Assembly: GCA_964016885.1 (NCBI GenBank)
Contig: OZ024746.1
Location: 37,572,001-37,636,000 of the forward strand
DNA from: Eledone cirrhosa
Taxonomy: Eukaryota
DNA: 64,000 bases
Reading direction: 5' to 3'
In this document: piece after piece, positions 28,451-42,289 of the stretch
How the letters are laid out: every line of letters starts with the position of its first letter
How positions within the stretch are numbered: position 1 is the first letter of the stretch
The notes under the pieces: model-generated
Told to the model about the DNA's origin: nothing
The model's database searches: none
What the model saw: the letters and a program-made list of their open reading frames with translations, nothing else
Made by a program: the position numbers and the translations under genes

Positions 28451-28968
28451 TATTTACAGCCATCAACGACAATGGATATTGTGGGATTCATGGAATCTAC
28501 AAACACAAAATCATAAAGTATTGCAAACTAAATATTTACATGATGCTTACCACAGCATTATCAGTGCTATACACAGACACAGGAATACACGAAGATACAT
28601 TCCTACAATCATAAATGCCTACGTAAATACATTCATACGCAAACGCACACACACGTGTGTGATATATGTATATGTGAGTGTGTTTTTGTCTATGAATGTA
28701 CACGATTACGTATTATTTGTGCGGAAATACCAACGCATTTACAAACAAAATATAAAGAGTGTTTACGTTTTTCTACCTTTGTAAGCAATATGAAAGAAAA
28801 TACATGAAATCATCTTCTTCCACAATTTAATAGAGACTCACTTCAAAAAGAAGCAAAGCGGAAATATTTCTTACGGTAAATTTACTTAGGCTTTCAAACA
28901 GTGTTTTTAAACAAAACCATATATGCCATGTTCAAATAAGATATATGCTTATACACGCGCACCCGCGC

Positions 28969-29013
<45 letters not shown>

Positions 29014-31199
29014 GGTGTGTGTATGTATATATATATATATATATATATATTATGAATAGGTTTCTATATCTCTGTTTTCGTTTTTGTGCATGATGTACTT
29101 ATATTTATATTATATCTGCAATGCTAAGAGCAAGATTTCATTTATATTGTCATTCATATATTAATGTATTTCTTCTTTTGTTCACCCGTCTTCATCCTCT
29201 AATCACTAAACGATATTTTTTAAATCATTTCTCTGAAATTTAGACTTTGTATCCATATATTTGTAATTACACATATATGCATTCTGCTTATAATGCGGGT
29301 TTTTGTTTTTCTATAATTTTATTTGGTTTGTGTGTTTGTATCTATATGTATTATTAATGCTACTCGTATTTGTCTCTATGTATATATGCACTTTATACAT
29401 ATTCAATGAGTTGTTCTTCATTCGATTTCTATGCGCATACGTGCTGTGATTTAAACACGCACACGTCGATGCATATAGTCACACTCTCACATGCCCATAT
29501 AAAATATGCAATGATAATCTCTAATACCATCGATATGCCCTGACCAGAATTCACCCTAAATAGTTGACTCAATATACACGTGCATTATCTCAATTATTTT
29601 CAGCTCCTTCCCTTCTCACTCTCTACCTTTATATTTCCATTTTCCACTCCTCATTTTATCTTCTGAAGAAGGACTAGTGAGTGAAACAGAAACATTATTT
29701 TGCTTTTGTTTGTGCGCGATTGCCTGTGCATTTTGCTTTTATATACGGAATGTTGTGTATAATCTTGCACCGCCCTTTTTTCGTCCTCAGTTGTTCATGT
29801 TGCAAACACTGATACAAAGATTTGCATTCTTTTTTCTCTTTTTGAAGAAAGTGCATTATGCAAACGTCTAATCTCAAATTATGTGATGTCCTTAGCTTTG
29901 AAATAAAAATGTGCATTCATCAATTGTTATTATATTATTCGTATAAAACATTAAAAGTCATCAGGTGTAACAACAAACGAATTATTTATTACGTAATATA
30001 CTGAAATTATGAAAAGCACATATTTAAAAGTTCAAAGACACTGTGCAGCCAATAGACTTAATGCACTAAGTATGATAGTTGTATCAATTCAGAAAAGTGT
30101 TTTAGCGTTTGTGATAGACACGGAAAAATATTTATTGCCAGCCGGTGTGGAAATATTTACTCAGCATATGTCTGTTGCACAACTTTGTGCATCGCAGTTT
30201 CGTTTTAATATGTTTCCTTAATGGGCTTGCAGTTGCTCAGGCGAAATTTTCATTAGAATTGAATACGGCATTTGTAATCGAATGTTATTTAAAACAATTG
30301 AATTATTTTTCTCGTTAAACTATCCATGGTTAAACATTTCATATTATAAGGAATGCTCATATTTAGGTGCAATTCCAAATCATCTCTCTTTATAGAAGGC
30401 TCCTTCTCCCATAAAAGAAGCATTTCATTCTCATGAAATCAACATTAACATCATACGCACAATATGTTAGCACAGCCATCAGAATCTTTTTGAATTGTAG
30501 TGAGATAAAACATAGAACAGTACAAACGAGTCGTACATTTTGTGTCATCTTGGACTACTATAGTTCTCACTTAAACTTGAATGTTGTTGTGATATTTTAA
30601 TCAGAGATAACTACAAAGAGAAACAATATTTTTTGCATATTCTCCTAAATATGAAGCAATATGTTTGAATGAGATTATTTTCATTTCTTTTCCGGATTTG
30701 ATAAACTACAGATCGCCTCTTCATGATTTGCACTAAGGAATGCACATACAATTAGTACAAAATCCATGTATTTTGTATGTGTTTTCCCAAGGAACGAAGA
30801 CTTTGATATACCAAGAGCGTTTACTAGGATGACCGTCGCCCCAAGATTATATTATCCGATTGAACTACCGTTAGCTGTTTTCATTACACAATCACAGAGA
30901 ATATTGAGTATTGATCTTATGAAATAAGATCATTCTGTTTTCATTTGACGAAAAATTTTACCCGTTTCATAGGACCATACCACAATACGTCACAGGATGG
31001 TTTTTATCATTGCTAACTTTCTACATTGTGTTACACCTGACTTCCAGCGTGTGTTAGCTGATTCAAGTATTGCTAGTCGCGCTTCGCCTTTCAAATTATC
31101 CTATTTCGTTGTGTTTCATACGGTCATGAAATATTCCCATACGGTCATGATAGTTCCCAGGTAGGTTTGTAATGGTGGCCTATAGTTCAATGCATCATA

Positions 31200-31720
31200 A
31201 TCAAGATTAATGATCTAATATGCATCCATGCTAATATAATGCAGTTGTACTGCTCTGTATGGTAGGTAGCCGAGAGGACGTCGATCAACAAACATACATC
31301 ATTCTAAAATCCCCGAGGTCTGACATAACTAGCTCAATATACAAAAGAGGTAAAGATCATCTGATTCGGGTTGCTTCAGACCACATATAGAAGCCAAGAT
31401 CAATGTTAACGGCAGATTCATTGAAAACAGAACACTGCTAGAGTTCTACAAGATATGCGAAACCAGCAACGTTGGGCTGGCAATTTAAAACGGATGGTAG
31501 ATAAGGGAGTCTCTAAGCGAATATGGTATCTAGAGTTAACTCTTCTTAAACGCCCAGAAAATAAACCGAAGAAACGTTTCAGGGATGTTGTGAAACTCAA
31601 TATGAAGAAGCTTGGTATTAGTGCTGAGGTTTGGGAAGACGAGTCAGAGAATAGATCTTGGTTCTGAGCGATTTGAGGTCAAACGTATTGAACATCAGTG
31701 TTAAGAAGAGCACTCGAGAA
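31200..31720 (+). mobile_element. RTE-clade LINE RT C-terminal remnant
   Basis: RWAGNLKRM..KRIWYLEL..KRP..KPKKRFRDVVK.NMKKLGI...WE...ENRSW. Confidence 0.8.
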
Positions 31721-31949
31721 ACGTGGTGTAGACTTAGTCCCGTATATATCCGGTACGAGAATGTCTGAAACATCTGCAGAAAGTGTTTTCTTTCTCATAC
31801 AATGATCTTATCTTGTCTAAAAATGATTCAGATTTGACACAAAGCGGACAATATTCCATTTATTCGACAACGTGTCATGCGCAGGTAATTATTCCGTCGA
31901 TATTTGAACTAGAAATCGCAGGCTACACCTGGAATGGAATTTTTTTTTT

Positions 31950-32750
31950 TATGTAAAAAATGTGACCCGTAAATACTATTATAATATATAATAAATCTAC
32001 AGATCTGCGTTGGAGCACATATTCAGTGAATATACAATATGGCATTTCCTTTCATATTTCCAACGTGTGTTTGTCTGCTCCCTATAATCAACGTAAACAT
32101 GCGATTTAATTATAAGTTAGTCCGGATCAAGGTGTTACTACTTCCATTCTCATCAGCATGTTATTTCCTTGGGCATGTCAGTTTATTTCAAGTTGCTACA
32201 ATCCAGTCAACTAGGGAATCGTGTTGTACTATCCTTTTCACAGATTTTGTTATGTGGAATTTCTATGAGAATTTCAATAAGGGCGTATGTGTATTTGAAA
32301 TATTCAGCTACTTGGAAGTTAATGTCACGAGCATGGCTTGAGAATCACAATGCTCGTTGCCAGACCCGAAGAATGCCCAACAAACTCTGAACATTAAAAA
32401 TACATTAGATTTTCGTCATTAACTATCGATGGCGGACGGTCCCATTCATACTAAGCTGTAAAGAGACCGGAAATTGTTGTTTGCTATGGTCAACGGTTTC
32501 TGTACAATCCGAGTGAAGTGACAAATTCTGACATCAAAGCCATTAAATATATTCATAACAATTCGAAATGTATTTTTGCGCGGTGGCAAAAGAGGGTTTA
32601 GTAAAACTCCAAAACTTGCCACCTTTGAAGGTAAGCACATACCAATTCGTACTTTCTTAATCGAAGAATGATACTGCGTATTAGCCAAATTTCGAAAATT
32701 AATTTATGTTATCTCAACATGTTCGGTAATAACAAGATCTGTTTAAATAT
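31950..32750 (-). mobile_element. Possible decayed Helitron PIF1-like helicase remnant
   Basis: VASFGVLLNPLLP (~VASSGIAAxLLP) followed by IVNDENLM (~IIWDExxM) and IPHNKI. Confidence 0.35.
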
Positions 32751-33160
32751 TACTCTATTGAGCTTTCATGATAATCGTCATTCCTTTTCTCCTTCATTCA
32801 ATACTATATTATGTAATATAAAGTGAAAGTCATTTATATATACCACAGTATAATTTGTTAATTTCTCTCTCCGCCGCAAGTGATAATCTCATTTGCTACG
32901 AAGGCAACTCCTTTTTTTTACCATTATATCTTGTGTTAATTCCTCTCTCTGCCTCTAGAGATTTTTCACTTGCTACAAACGCGTCAAAGAAAAAGTCCTT
33001 TTTTCTGAGGGGTGTCTCTTTATAAGCAGTATCAACCGCACAGCAATGATGCATTTTTATAGTACATAATGCTGCATATGGATTGGCGAAACCCCAGTTG
33101 GGACTTTAAAGAAAAAATAGGGATATTTTTGTCTATTATTTCCTCATCTTTTGTTATGTG

Positions 33161-33244
<84 letters not shown>

Positions 33245-33247
<3 letters not shown>

Positions 33248-33506
33248 GTATAAAAATCAATACAACATAATTACCTCATTACCAGAGGTTTCCCGAATGA
33301 GGCGAATACGAAATAACGACTTCATTCGTTCGTCTCGTCTGACGAACGAATGAAGTCGTTTATTTCGTATTCGCCTCATTCGGGAAACCTCTGGTAATGA
33401 GGTAATTATATTGTATTGATTTTTATACATTAAATTTTGCTGTGATACTTACATAGAGCACTCTTCATTTCTATGACCTTTTCTGTTCCCAACGGAAATT
33501 TCAATA

Positions 33507-33510
<4 letters not shown>
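33245..33510. mobile_element. Near-perfect ~185-bp hairpin pLTR pair
   Basis: 33245-33334 is inverted at 33341-33432. The tail acatagagcactctt is shared with 43800-43820. Confidence 0.85.
33334..33401 (+). ncRNA. Type I hammerhead ribozyme
   Basis: ctcgt-CUGACGA-acgaatga..tcattcgg-GAAA-cctctgg-UA-atgag. Confidence 0.85.
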
Positions 33511-33588
<78 letters not shown>

Positions 33589-34643
33589 CATGTGTGTGCG
33601 TTTGAGTATTAGCGTGTGTGAGTGTGTGTGTGTGTGTATGTGTATTTACATGCGCGTGTGTAAGTATGTTTGTCTCCCCATGTGTATGCACGCGTTTGTG
33701 TGCCTATTACATGTGTGTACTTGTATATGGTAAGGGCGTGTGGTTGTAAGAGTATGCACATGTGTTTGATTTGTTGCTTAGTTAATTGTCTTTACATATC
33801 GATAATGCGGTTTCAAAACCTTAATAATGTAATACATCAAATAATTTACGTTTACGTTAAAGTGCATTTCGGAATACAATCCAAGTACGATATAAATTAT
33901 TAACCACACATATCTATTCATTAGAATAAACACACTGAAAGTGCCCTTATCTACTGGTGTCTTCAGTATATAAAAGCTGGTGGAGGACAACCCGCTTCAG
34001 GCCAGTTGACAGCCGAGTTCTCCTAAAGGATGAATGTTCGAGAGAATGAGAGATTGTGAGAAAGTGATACAGGGGAAGTATCAACTTATGCATTGAACTG
34101 ATATTTTATATATTAACCTCGAAATCATGAAAGGAAATGTTGCCCACTGTGTATTTGACTAAATACTGGGACAAACAGCGTGACAATAAAACGAATACTG
34201 AACGAACAACGTAGAGGCATAGAATGGTCACCATTGACATTATCATTTGTTCCCAACACACAACTGGATTATGGATAGAATACAAAATATATTGGAACTA
34301 ATAAATATGTTCGTGATAACATTGTAACTGATTCTTGTTTTACGGTAGATCCTCCATTCATTCTCACAGCCCTGATTACTCACTCGTTACAATCACTACA
34401 CAATTCAAGATATAGTCACATTATATAAATATGTGTGTGTGTGTGTCTGTCTGTGTTTCTGTCTGTGTCTATATATATATATATTTTTATATATTTATAT
34501 ATATATATGGTATTTTTTTCGTGGTTATAAGAGGCTTAGCTCTGTTTCTCGACCGTTATATCGCGTGACTATCTCCCCCTCCGCCTTTTGGGATTCTTTC
34601 TCACGTCGTGTAGACGCGTTCTTGAGACTAGTAAAATGAGGTA

Positions 34644-34731
34644 TCCTCTTGATAAGTCGGCAGACCTCGCAAGGACTCTATATCTTTGAAATATTGTTTT
34701 TGTTTATGCCACGAAACTACGTAGTCGAGGA
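34644..34731 (+). ncRNA. Hammerhead ribozyme, U3-A8 variant, unit 1
   Basis: tcctc-UUGAUAA-gtcggca..57-nt stem II..tgccac-GAAA-ctacgtag-UC-gagga; predicted cut after 34726. Confidence 0.8.
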
Positions 34732-35234
34732 CTTTAGGAACAGTTTAGATATGATACATTTTATTACTAATTATATCTAAATGTTTCTTCTCTCTTCATA
34801 ATGTATTTTTAACTCTGATACTGGTTCAGTCTGGTTCAAACTGAATTGGTCTGTCCCAGTCATTCATTGAGCAACATCGGTGAAGTTGGCACCCTTAACT
34901 CACAGTTGGGTGCGGATGCATTCATGTATATATGTGTGTGTCCGCATGTATCTGTGTGTTTCTAAATATATTAATAACTCCCTCTGGTCGAGCAATCTTT
35001 GAAGTGTGGGGACAACTGGAAAGCTTCCATTACTCATACTTCTCGCCTTCTTCACTACCTCTTCTACGGCCTCGATATGGATACCCCCTCCGCCTCCGAG
35101 GTATTTTTTTCGTGGTTATAAGAGGCTTAGCTCTGTTTCTCGACCGTTATATCGCGTGACTATCTCCCCCTCCGCCTTTTGGGATTCTTTCTCACGTCGT
35201 GTAGACGCGTTCTTGAGACTAGTAAAATGAGGTA

Positions 35235-35322
35235 TCCTCTTGATAAGTCGACAGACCTCGCAAGGACTCTATATCTTTGATATATTGTTTTTGTTTATGC
35301 CACGAAACTACGTAGTCGAGGA
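35235..35322 (+). ncRNA. Hammerhead ribozyme, U3-A8 variant, unit 2
   Basis: As unit 1 with one stem II substitution (gtcgaca); predicted cut after 35317. Confidence 0.75.
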
Positions 35323-35824
35323 ATTTAGGAACAGTTTAGGTATGATACATTTTATTACTAATTATATCTAAATGTTTCTTCTCTCTTCATAATGTATTTT
35401 TAACTCTGATACTGGTTCAGTCTGGTTCAAACTGAATTGGTCTGTCCCAGTCATTCATTGAGCCACATCGGTGAAGTTGGCACCCTTAACTCACAGTTGG
35501 GTGCGGATGCATTCATGTATATATGTGTGTGTCCGCATGTATCTGTGTGTTTCTAAATATATTAATAACTCCCTCTGGTCGAGCAATCTTTGAAGTGTGG
35601 GGACAACTGGAAAGCTTCCATTACTCATACTTCTCGCCTTCTTCACTACCTCTTCTACGGCCTCGATATGGATACCCCCTCCGCCTCCGTGGTATTTTTT
35701 CGTGGTTATAAGAGGCTTAGCTCTGTTTCTCGACCGTTATATCTCATGACTATCTCCCCCTCCGCCTTTTGGGATTCTTTCTCACGTCGTGTAGACGCGT
35801 TCTTGAGACTAGTAAAGTGAGGTA

Positions 35825-35912
35825 TCCTCTTGATAAGTCGGCAGACCTCGCAAGGACTCTATATCTTTGATATATTGTTTTTGTTTATGCCACGAAACTA
35901 CGTAGTCGAGGA
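35825..35912 (+). ncRNA. Hammerhead ribozyme, U3-A8 variant, unit 3
   Basis: As unit 1; predicted cut after 35907. Confidence 0.8.
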
Positions 35913-36415
35913 ATTTAGGAACAGTTTAGGTATGATACATGTTATTACTAATTATATCTAAATGTTTCTTCTCTCTTCATAATGTATTTTTAACTCTGAT
36001 ACTGGTTCAGTCTGGTTCAAACTGAATTGGTCTGTCCCAGTCATTCATTGAGCAACATCGGTGAAGTTGGCACCCTTAACTCACAGTTGGGTGCGGATGC
36101 ATTCATGTATATATGTGTGTGTCCGCATGTATCTGTGTGTTTCTAAATATATTAATAACTCCCTCTGGTCGAGCAATCTTTGAAGTGTGGGGACAACTGG
36201 AAAGCTTCCATTACTCATACTTCTCGCCTTCTTCACTACCTCTTCTACGGCCTCGATATGGATACCCCCTCCGCCTCCGTGGTATTTTTTTCGTGGTTAT
36301 AAGAGGCTTAGCTCTGTTTCTCGACCGTTATATCGCGTGACTATCTCCCCCTCCGCCTTTTGGGATTCTTTCTCACGTCGTGTAGACGCGTTCTTGAGAC
36401 TAGTAAAATGAGGTA

Positions 36416-36503
36416 TCCTCTTGATAAGTCGGCAGACCTCGCAAGGACTCTATATCTTTGATATATTGTTTTTGTTTATGCCACGAAACTACGTAGTCGA
36501 GGA
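36416..36503 (+). ncRNA. Hammerhead ribozyme, U3-A8 variant, unit 4
   Basis: As unit 1; predicted cut after 36498. Confidence 0.8.
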
Positions 36504-36734
36504 ATTTAGGAACAGTTTAGGTATGATACATTTTATTACTAATTATATCTAAATGTTTCTTCTCTCTTCATAATGTATTTTTAACTCTGATACTGGTTCA
36601 GTCTGGTTCAAACTGAATTGGTCTGTCCCAGTCATTCATTGAGCAACATCGGTGAAGTTGGCACCCTTAACTCACAGTTGGGTGCGGATGCATTCATGTA
36701 TATATGTGTGTGTCCGCATGTATCTGTGTGTTTC

Positions 36735-36780
<46 letters not shown>

Positions 36781-37140
36781 AACACGAAAGAATGGAAAAA
36801 AGATTGAAACTATGATAGAGAATGTTAATGGAAAAGAGCCTCAAGCAAGTGAACACCTTGTCTTAGGGCTGGGAATAAAAATCATATAATGTAAACATAG
36901 AGAAGCTTCAGAATTATATTATTTCATACTGGAAATTGAATGTTGATTCGAAGAAAATGGCATAGAAACCAACTACAATACCACCTCAATATTGGTTACA
37001 TCAAAATATTTGTTGACTGCTATTACCACAAAAATTATTATTAATACCACCACCACCACTACTACTATTTCTAAAACAACTACTGGAAATACAACGAGTG
37101 CTACTGCTGTTGCTAGTAATAGTACTACTAATAATAATAA

Positions 37141-37273
37141 TAATTGTTTCTACTTTTGGCGCAAGGCCAGCAATTACCCAGTACATTACTGGTACTTTAT
37201 TTTATCCATCCCATAAGGATGAAAGGCGGCATTTGAACTCAGAATGGCAAGGGCTCTTAACTCTATTCGTCAA
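37141..37273 (-). mobile_element. Internally deleted tRNA-SINE in (AAT)n
   Basis: Same family as 6612-6797. Confidence 0.8.
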
Positions 37274-38049
37274 ATAATAATAATACTAAGTTAGTCTGTA
37301 ACGGAATTGGTAAAGCTCAAATGTTTATATGCAACCAGTGCTATCAAACATTCCACCACTAAATCTCCGGTATGCCAATACTGGTACCGTACAATAGAAT
37401 AATGACCAATACAACAACAAAAACAACCGTGCAACCTCGAAATAATGTATCAATGCCTCCTACTTGAATGATTACGAAATGTATTTCAAAGTGACACTAA
37501 AACGAACACAGCCAGCGCAATCCCCGAATATTAGAATCTGGAAGGTGCCAAATCAGGACACGGGTGTCGCTTCAAGATTGTGGATATTGTAGTGTCCAAC
37601 TAAAATCAAGTGGGATACACACGGAATAATCCAGTGTGGTAAAGCCTGTTACACAAAGATTTTAACGTGCCCATTCAGACAGCTCACAAAAAGCATTGCC
37701 AATCCCCTGAAGAATGCAGCCGGCAACATTCACTGTAACACTAACAATAGCAAGCAGCCTAGCATCAGTAAATAATAATATATACATACCCGTAAGCATC
37801 TACATTGACAGTGGACACAACATCAACAACAAGAGTCACAGTCAAAATCACGAGGGCCATTATAACAACAAAAGATTGCAGAAACAGACTACAATGGCCA
37901 CAAATATACCAAACACATCTATAATACCAAGGGAAGTCAAACCAAAACCAAGAATAGTAAGCACACCATCAGGAAAGACCTTAGCAAGAGCTTCGATAAC
38001 AAGAACAACATTTCAGTGTTTTGTAAGAAGCGATGGAATGAATTTTGTG

Positions 38050-38430
38050 CAAATAGTATGCCTACCTTAACGCAGCTTGATCTAATTCCCTAACAATGGG
38101 ACTCAGTGCCGAAGTAAACTGATCTCAGTAGATGATTTGCTGGAATTAGTGACTTTTTGGGGGATTGAACAATGGAATTGATTCTTTAAGCTATATTTGG
38201 ACATGCCAGTTGGCGACCATCTTGCTGCTGCCAGTGACAAAGTGTGTTTCTCACTCTCAGTAATCTAGCATCACACCATGCATTTTTCATTATCTCCTCT
38301 ATTGCAGCATAGGGTTTATCTATCCTTCTAAAATGGAAACTTTTTTCCTGTTGGATATTTTGCAAGCCTCCTCCACAGTTTACACGCAGAGTTCAGGATT
38401 GCAACAGGTTATACCGGAGTACATATCATC
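38050..38430 (-). mobile_element. Possible decayed LINE RT fragment
   Basis: Reverse complement gives PVAILNSACKLWRRL (~YRPIxLLNxxxKL). Confidence 0.3.
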
Positions 38431-41400
38431 AATCGGTTATATAAATAATGTAACAAAGAAATCAACATTTCGTAACAGCTTAATAATGTAAACATAACAA
38501 ATATCTATTATATGATATTCTCAGAGATACAATCTCTCAAGGAAAGATAGGATTCCTTACGTGTTATTGAGGTGTGTGATCCGAGTCACAACTAAAATCC
38601 TTCTTTATCGAAATATCATTTTCGTGTAAGAAAATGGGAGATACTATTAGACATTTAGAATCATATATATTATACGAACTTTAAACTATGTGGTGTAGAG
38701 TCTTCAAATATATATTTTTTAAAAATTAATTAAATCTATTTAAATACAGTTCTTTTAAATAAATAATTCATAGTCACTCATTGGCTACTCTTTTCCCCAT
38801 ATCTTCTGCGATTGATGCTAGGCAGAGAATCACATCATGTTTAAAATATCTTCATATATATTTATTATCAAAACTCACTTTCTCAATGTAATTTAGTTGA
38901 GTTTAATTTAAAATGTTCAATTATCATTCTTTATTCATAGACAACTTGTTTCCTTCATATTAATTAAATTCTCTTCAAAGGAGGTTAACAAAAATATGTA
39001 AAGATATTCATCTATGGGAATGAGTGAGATAGATGAATAGAAAAGGAGTGGGAGAGGCAGCAACTACAGCAGGAGTGATAATTTTATCTCGTTTTCACTT
39101 TCTTTTATCTTTCTCCTTATACTATACAACTAGAGAGGGAAGTCGTGGTTTTCTTTTTTCTAAAGCAAATTATAGTGTGAGAAAAAGAGAAAGACAGAGA
39201 GAGAGAGAGAGAGAGAGGATAGTGTAAGATAAAACCGGAAGGTATATTTGAGAGTTAGGTTGTTTCAAAATTCGACTAGGTATTCGCCATTAGCAATAGC
39301 AAAATAGAAATTTAGATTTCAGTAGAGATGTTTCTTTATTGAAAGCATTAAATTCATGCCCTGGGAGTGTATGTAATTCGTTGATATGAAATAGGGAAAG
39401 GCAGCAGTTTCAACAAGTATTCAGGTATGGAAATAGCCCCATCCGTCATATATCTATCCACATGTCACAACGTAATCGTAGCGCTGTTTGGAAAATGATT
39501 TAATTGAAGGTACATATCAGTCTATTCGAAATTGTTAACCTCGGATTTGATGCACGTTTCCCTGTTGTTTATTCTTTTATCATGCAAGGAACAGAATAAC
39601 ATCAAGTTTACAAGTATCTTTATATACTTATCTACAAATACAAAAGTCATAAGATACATACTAGTAATCAAATTCTGCTGATTTTAATTTTAAATATTAA
39701 GGGGGAATTTGTAGTTTACTTGAAATATTGTATAAGGCATGAAGAATTCGAAGTATGAAAGCCAAGACAATGCAGATTGGACAGATAAATAATCAAGTCG
39801 TAAGAAATAATGGGTGTTTTTATTTTACCTTAATTTATTCATAAGTCTTGATATTTCGAGGAAAATAAAGGAACCATTCCAGTGTCCGATGAGACTTGCT
39901 ACGCCTTGCTGTCCGTAAGTAGTTTTTTTTTTCTCAACTTTTTTTGTTTTAAAAGTAAGGTCCGGACATCTAGGTAAGCAATCTATTTCAAACTAATGTG
40001 TTTCAGCAGAAATATAACAAATTTTATTATCCACGAAACCCTTTTCTGGAACGAATAAGAGCAACGAAATCGGTACATAGACCGGTTTCTTTGCCTCTTG
40101 GATATGAATATCATATTGGAAATTAAATAGTCATGGGATAAGTTAAGGCAGGATAATCTATGCGCGAACAAGAACATGGAGTGTAGTAGTATAAATGGCT
40201 ATGCAGGAACCACCAAGAGTAAAACAAACATGAAAAGACCATAAAAAATGCCAAACTAGAATCACAGATGGAAATATTCACATATGAAAATATAGGGAGG
40301 AATAAAGAGAGTAAAAAGTAAGACAGAATGAATGAATGTAATAATACAAGACAATAAAGGAATGAAAATGTGTGAGATGAATAAAGTAGCTTATTGATTT
40401 ATCTAATCTTCTTCAATTCTGTTGTTTTCCTATACAGAAATAACACGTAAGCAATCAAAAATGCTGTTTTCAAAATATCAAAAATAAATATGGCCAACGT
40501 TTCTAACAGTCATTCGAAATGTCATCATGTAAATAGTCATTTATAGAGAGAACAGAGAGCTGATCAATTTCAGAAAGATTATGCTTCCAGACGGGATTAG
40601 ATTCGTTTTAGCGATAATGACATATTTGTCAATTTTCACACTACACTCATCGCTTACCAGAGTGTATAAAATCACTGCGTTGCTTGAGAGGAGTTAAAAG
40701 TAATCAGCCGTTTTGTTAACGGCATAATTCTGTACTGCTGACGTGAAGTTACAGCAATGAAGAGTATCTAGTGTACATTTAGAATAAATAAGATTGAATT
40801 GCTTTGTATCAAGAGCATTTCTACACACACATCTGTTCACACACAAGCAACATATATTATGTGGATGTCTATCTATCTATCCATTTATCTATCTATATAT
40901 ATTTATATATTATTAATATATTATTTATCTATCCATTTGTCTATCTATCTATCTATCTATCTATTCATATATACGTATATACATTTATATGTATGCCTAT
41001 ACATATATTTAAATATATATTTATATATATATATATGTGTGTGTGTGCGTGTCTGTGTGTGTGTGTGTGCGTGTGTGTGTGTGTGTATGTATGTGTGTGT
41101 GTGCTCTTGTGTGAGCGTGTGTTTATATACATCTATGTGTGTGTGTATGCGAACACATCCACACGCGAAACAATTCAATGATTTAACACCCTTATAATAA
41201 TATATTGCTGTCAGAACTTATGTATGTATAATCTGTTACGTAAATATCGTAGATCATTTCAGGAAGATAACAACTGAAATCTTCTCTAATCCCAACAACA
41301 GAAATAATGACATAAGATCTGTTTCTCACGAGATTAAACTTTTCACAACGCTAACAGAAAATATACTTAAAATGTGCAATGCAATCGGAAAATGTTCCTG

Positions 41401-41808
41401 GACAATAATATAAAACCGAAGTGTGAATAGTAATATTATAAAATGTATAGTAATATTATAAAATGCAAAGAAGCAAAAGGCAACTGCACAAACATATCGT
41501 TCTATGATAATTAAATATACCTCGTGCAAATTTCTGATTGTAACAGTGGCAATTTGGTGTTAAGGGGTGAATCTTGTTAAGTAGGTTACACTGAAGTAAA
41601 AGGCAATTGAAGCAGAAATAATTACATCACTTACATCGATACTGGAGATACCTGAATAAATGTATTGTGGGGATTACACACTTCTCCCTTTTAGTGACAA
41701 AACGATTGAAAAGCTGGTCAAATCTATGCGATCACTATATCGTATATGCAAGATGATGAACCCAAATATTTAAAAACTGAATAGATTCATTAATGAACGA
41801 CAGCCATC

Positions 41809-41847
<39 letters not shown>

Positions 41848-41854
<7 letters not shown>

Positions 41855-42052
41855 ATACTTTGGGAGGGTCATGTTGCCAATAAGAAACACACGCACCAGT
41901 TGCTTTCACTTCAATTTATTATATATTTATAAATTTATAAATTTACAAATCTACAAACTTATAAATTTCTGGTTGGTTGGTTGGTTCCACAACCATATCG
42001 GTTTCAACACACGATTTCAGATAAAGAATCTTGCTAAACAAATTCAGAAACG

Positions 42053-42057
<5 letters not shown>
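41848..42057. mobile_element. Head-to-head pLTR-tail pair of the 49-57 kb PLE
   Basis: Minus arm matches 57415-57548 and plus arm matches 53452-53515. Confidence 0.9.
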
Positions 42058-42095
<38 letters not shown>

Positions 42096-42099
42096 CATA

Positions 42100-42274
42100 C
42101 AAGGGTCGACTTAAAAGTTCATACGCTGACTATGAAGGAGAAATGCTAGAGCAGTGAATTCTAATATGCATTAATTTTAAGGTGTCTTATCAATAACTAC
42201 ATGCATTCCTTTAAGGACTATGTTAGAAAATCTCCTTATTTAGCATTTCATTTGGTGTGTTTTGGTCAGCCTAT
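42100..42274 (+). mobile_element. Tc1/mariner-like terminal segment
   Basis: TA|caagggtcgacttaaaagttcata is a mariner-type TIR start; inverted homologue at 58071-58246. Confidence 0.65.
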
Positions 42275-42289
42275 TATATATATATATAA

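Larger units (their letters stand above)
34509..36740 (+). mobile_element. Retrozyme-like tandem array, ~3.8 copies of a 590/591-nt unit, one HHR per unit
   Basis: Near-identical units with no meaningful ORF, flanked by (TA)n; dispersed copies at 10 kb and 24.5 kb. Confidence 0.85.

Noticed and set aside
34932-36411. Repeated 62-76 aa ORFs in the 591-nt unit
   Set aside because: Frames change between units through a poly-T indel, and there are no recognisable motifs.
34509-36740. CRISPR array or plain satellite
   Set aside because: No repeat-spacer structure; dispersed, inverted and permuted copies with HHRs indicate a mobile element.
41630-41662. Possible 17-nt minus-strand micro-exon (ttcag|...|gtaagt)
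   Set aside because: Splice-like motifs alone are expected by chance; no supporting exons.
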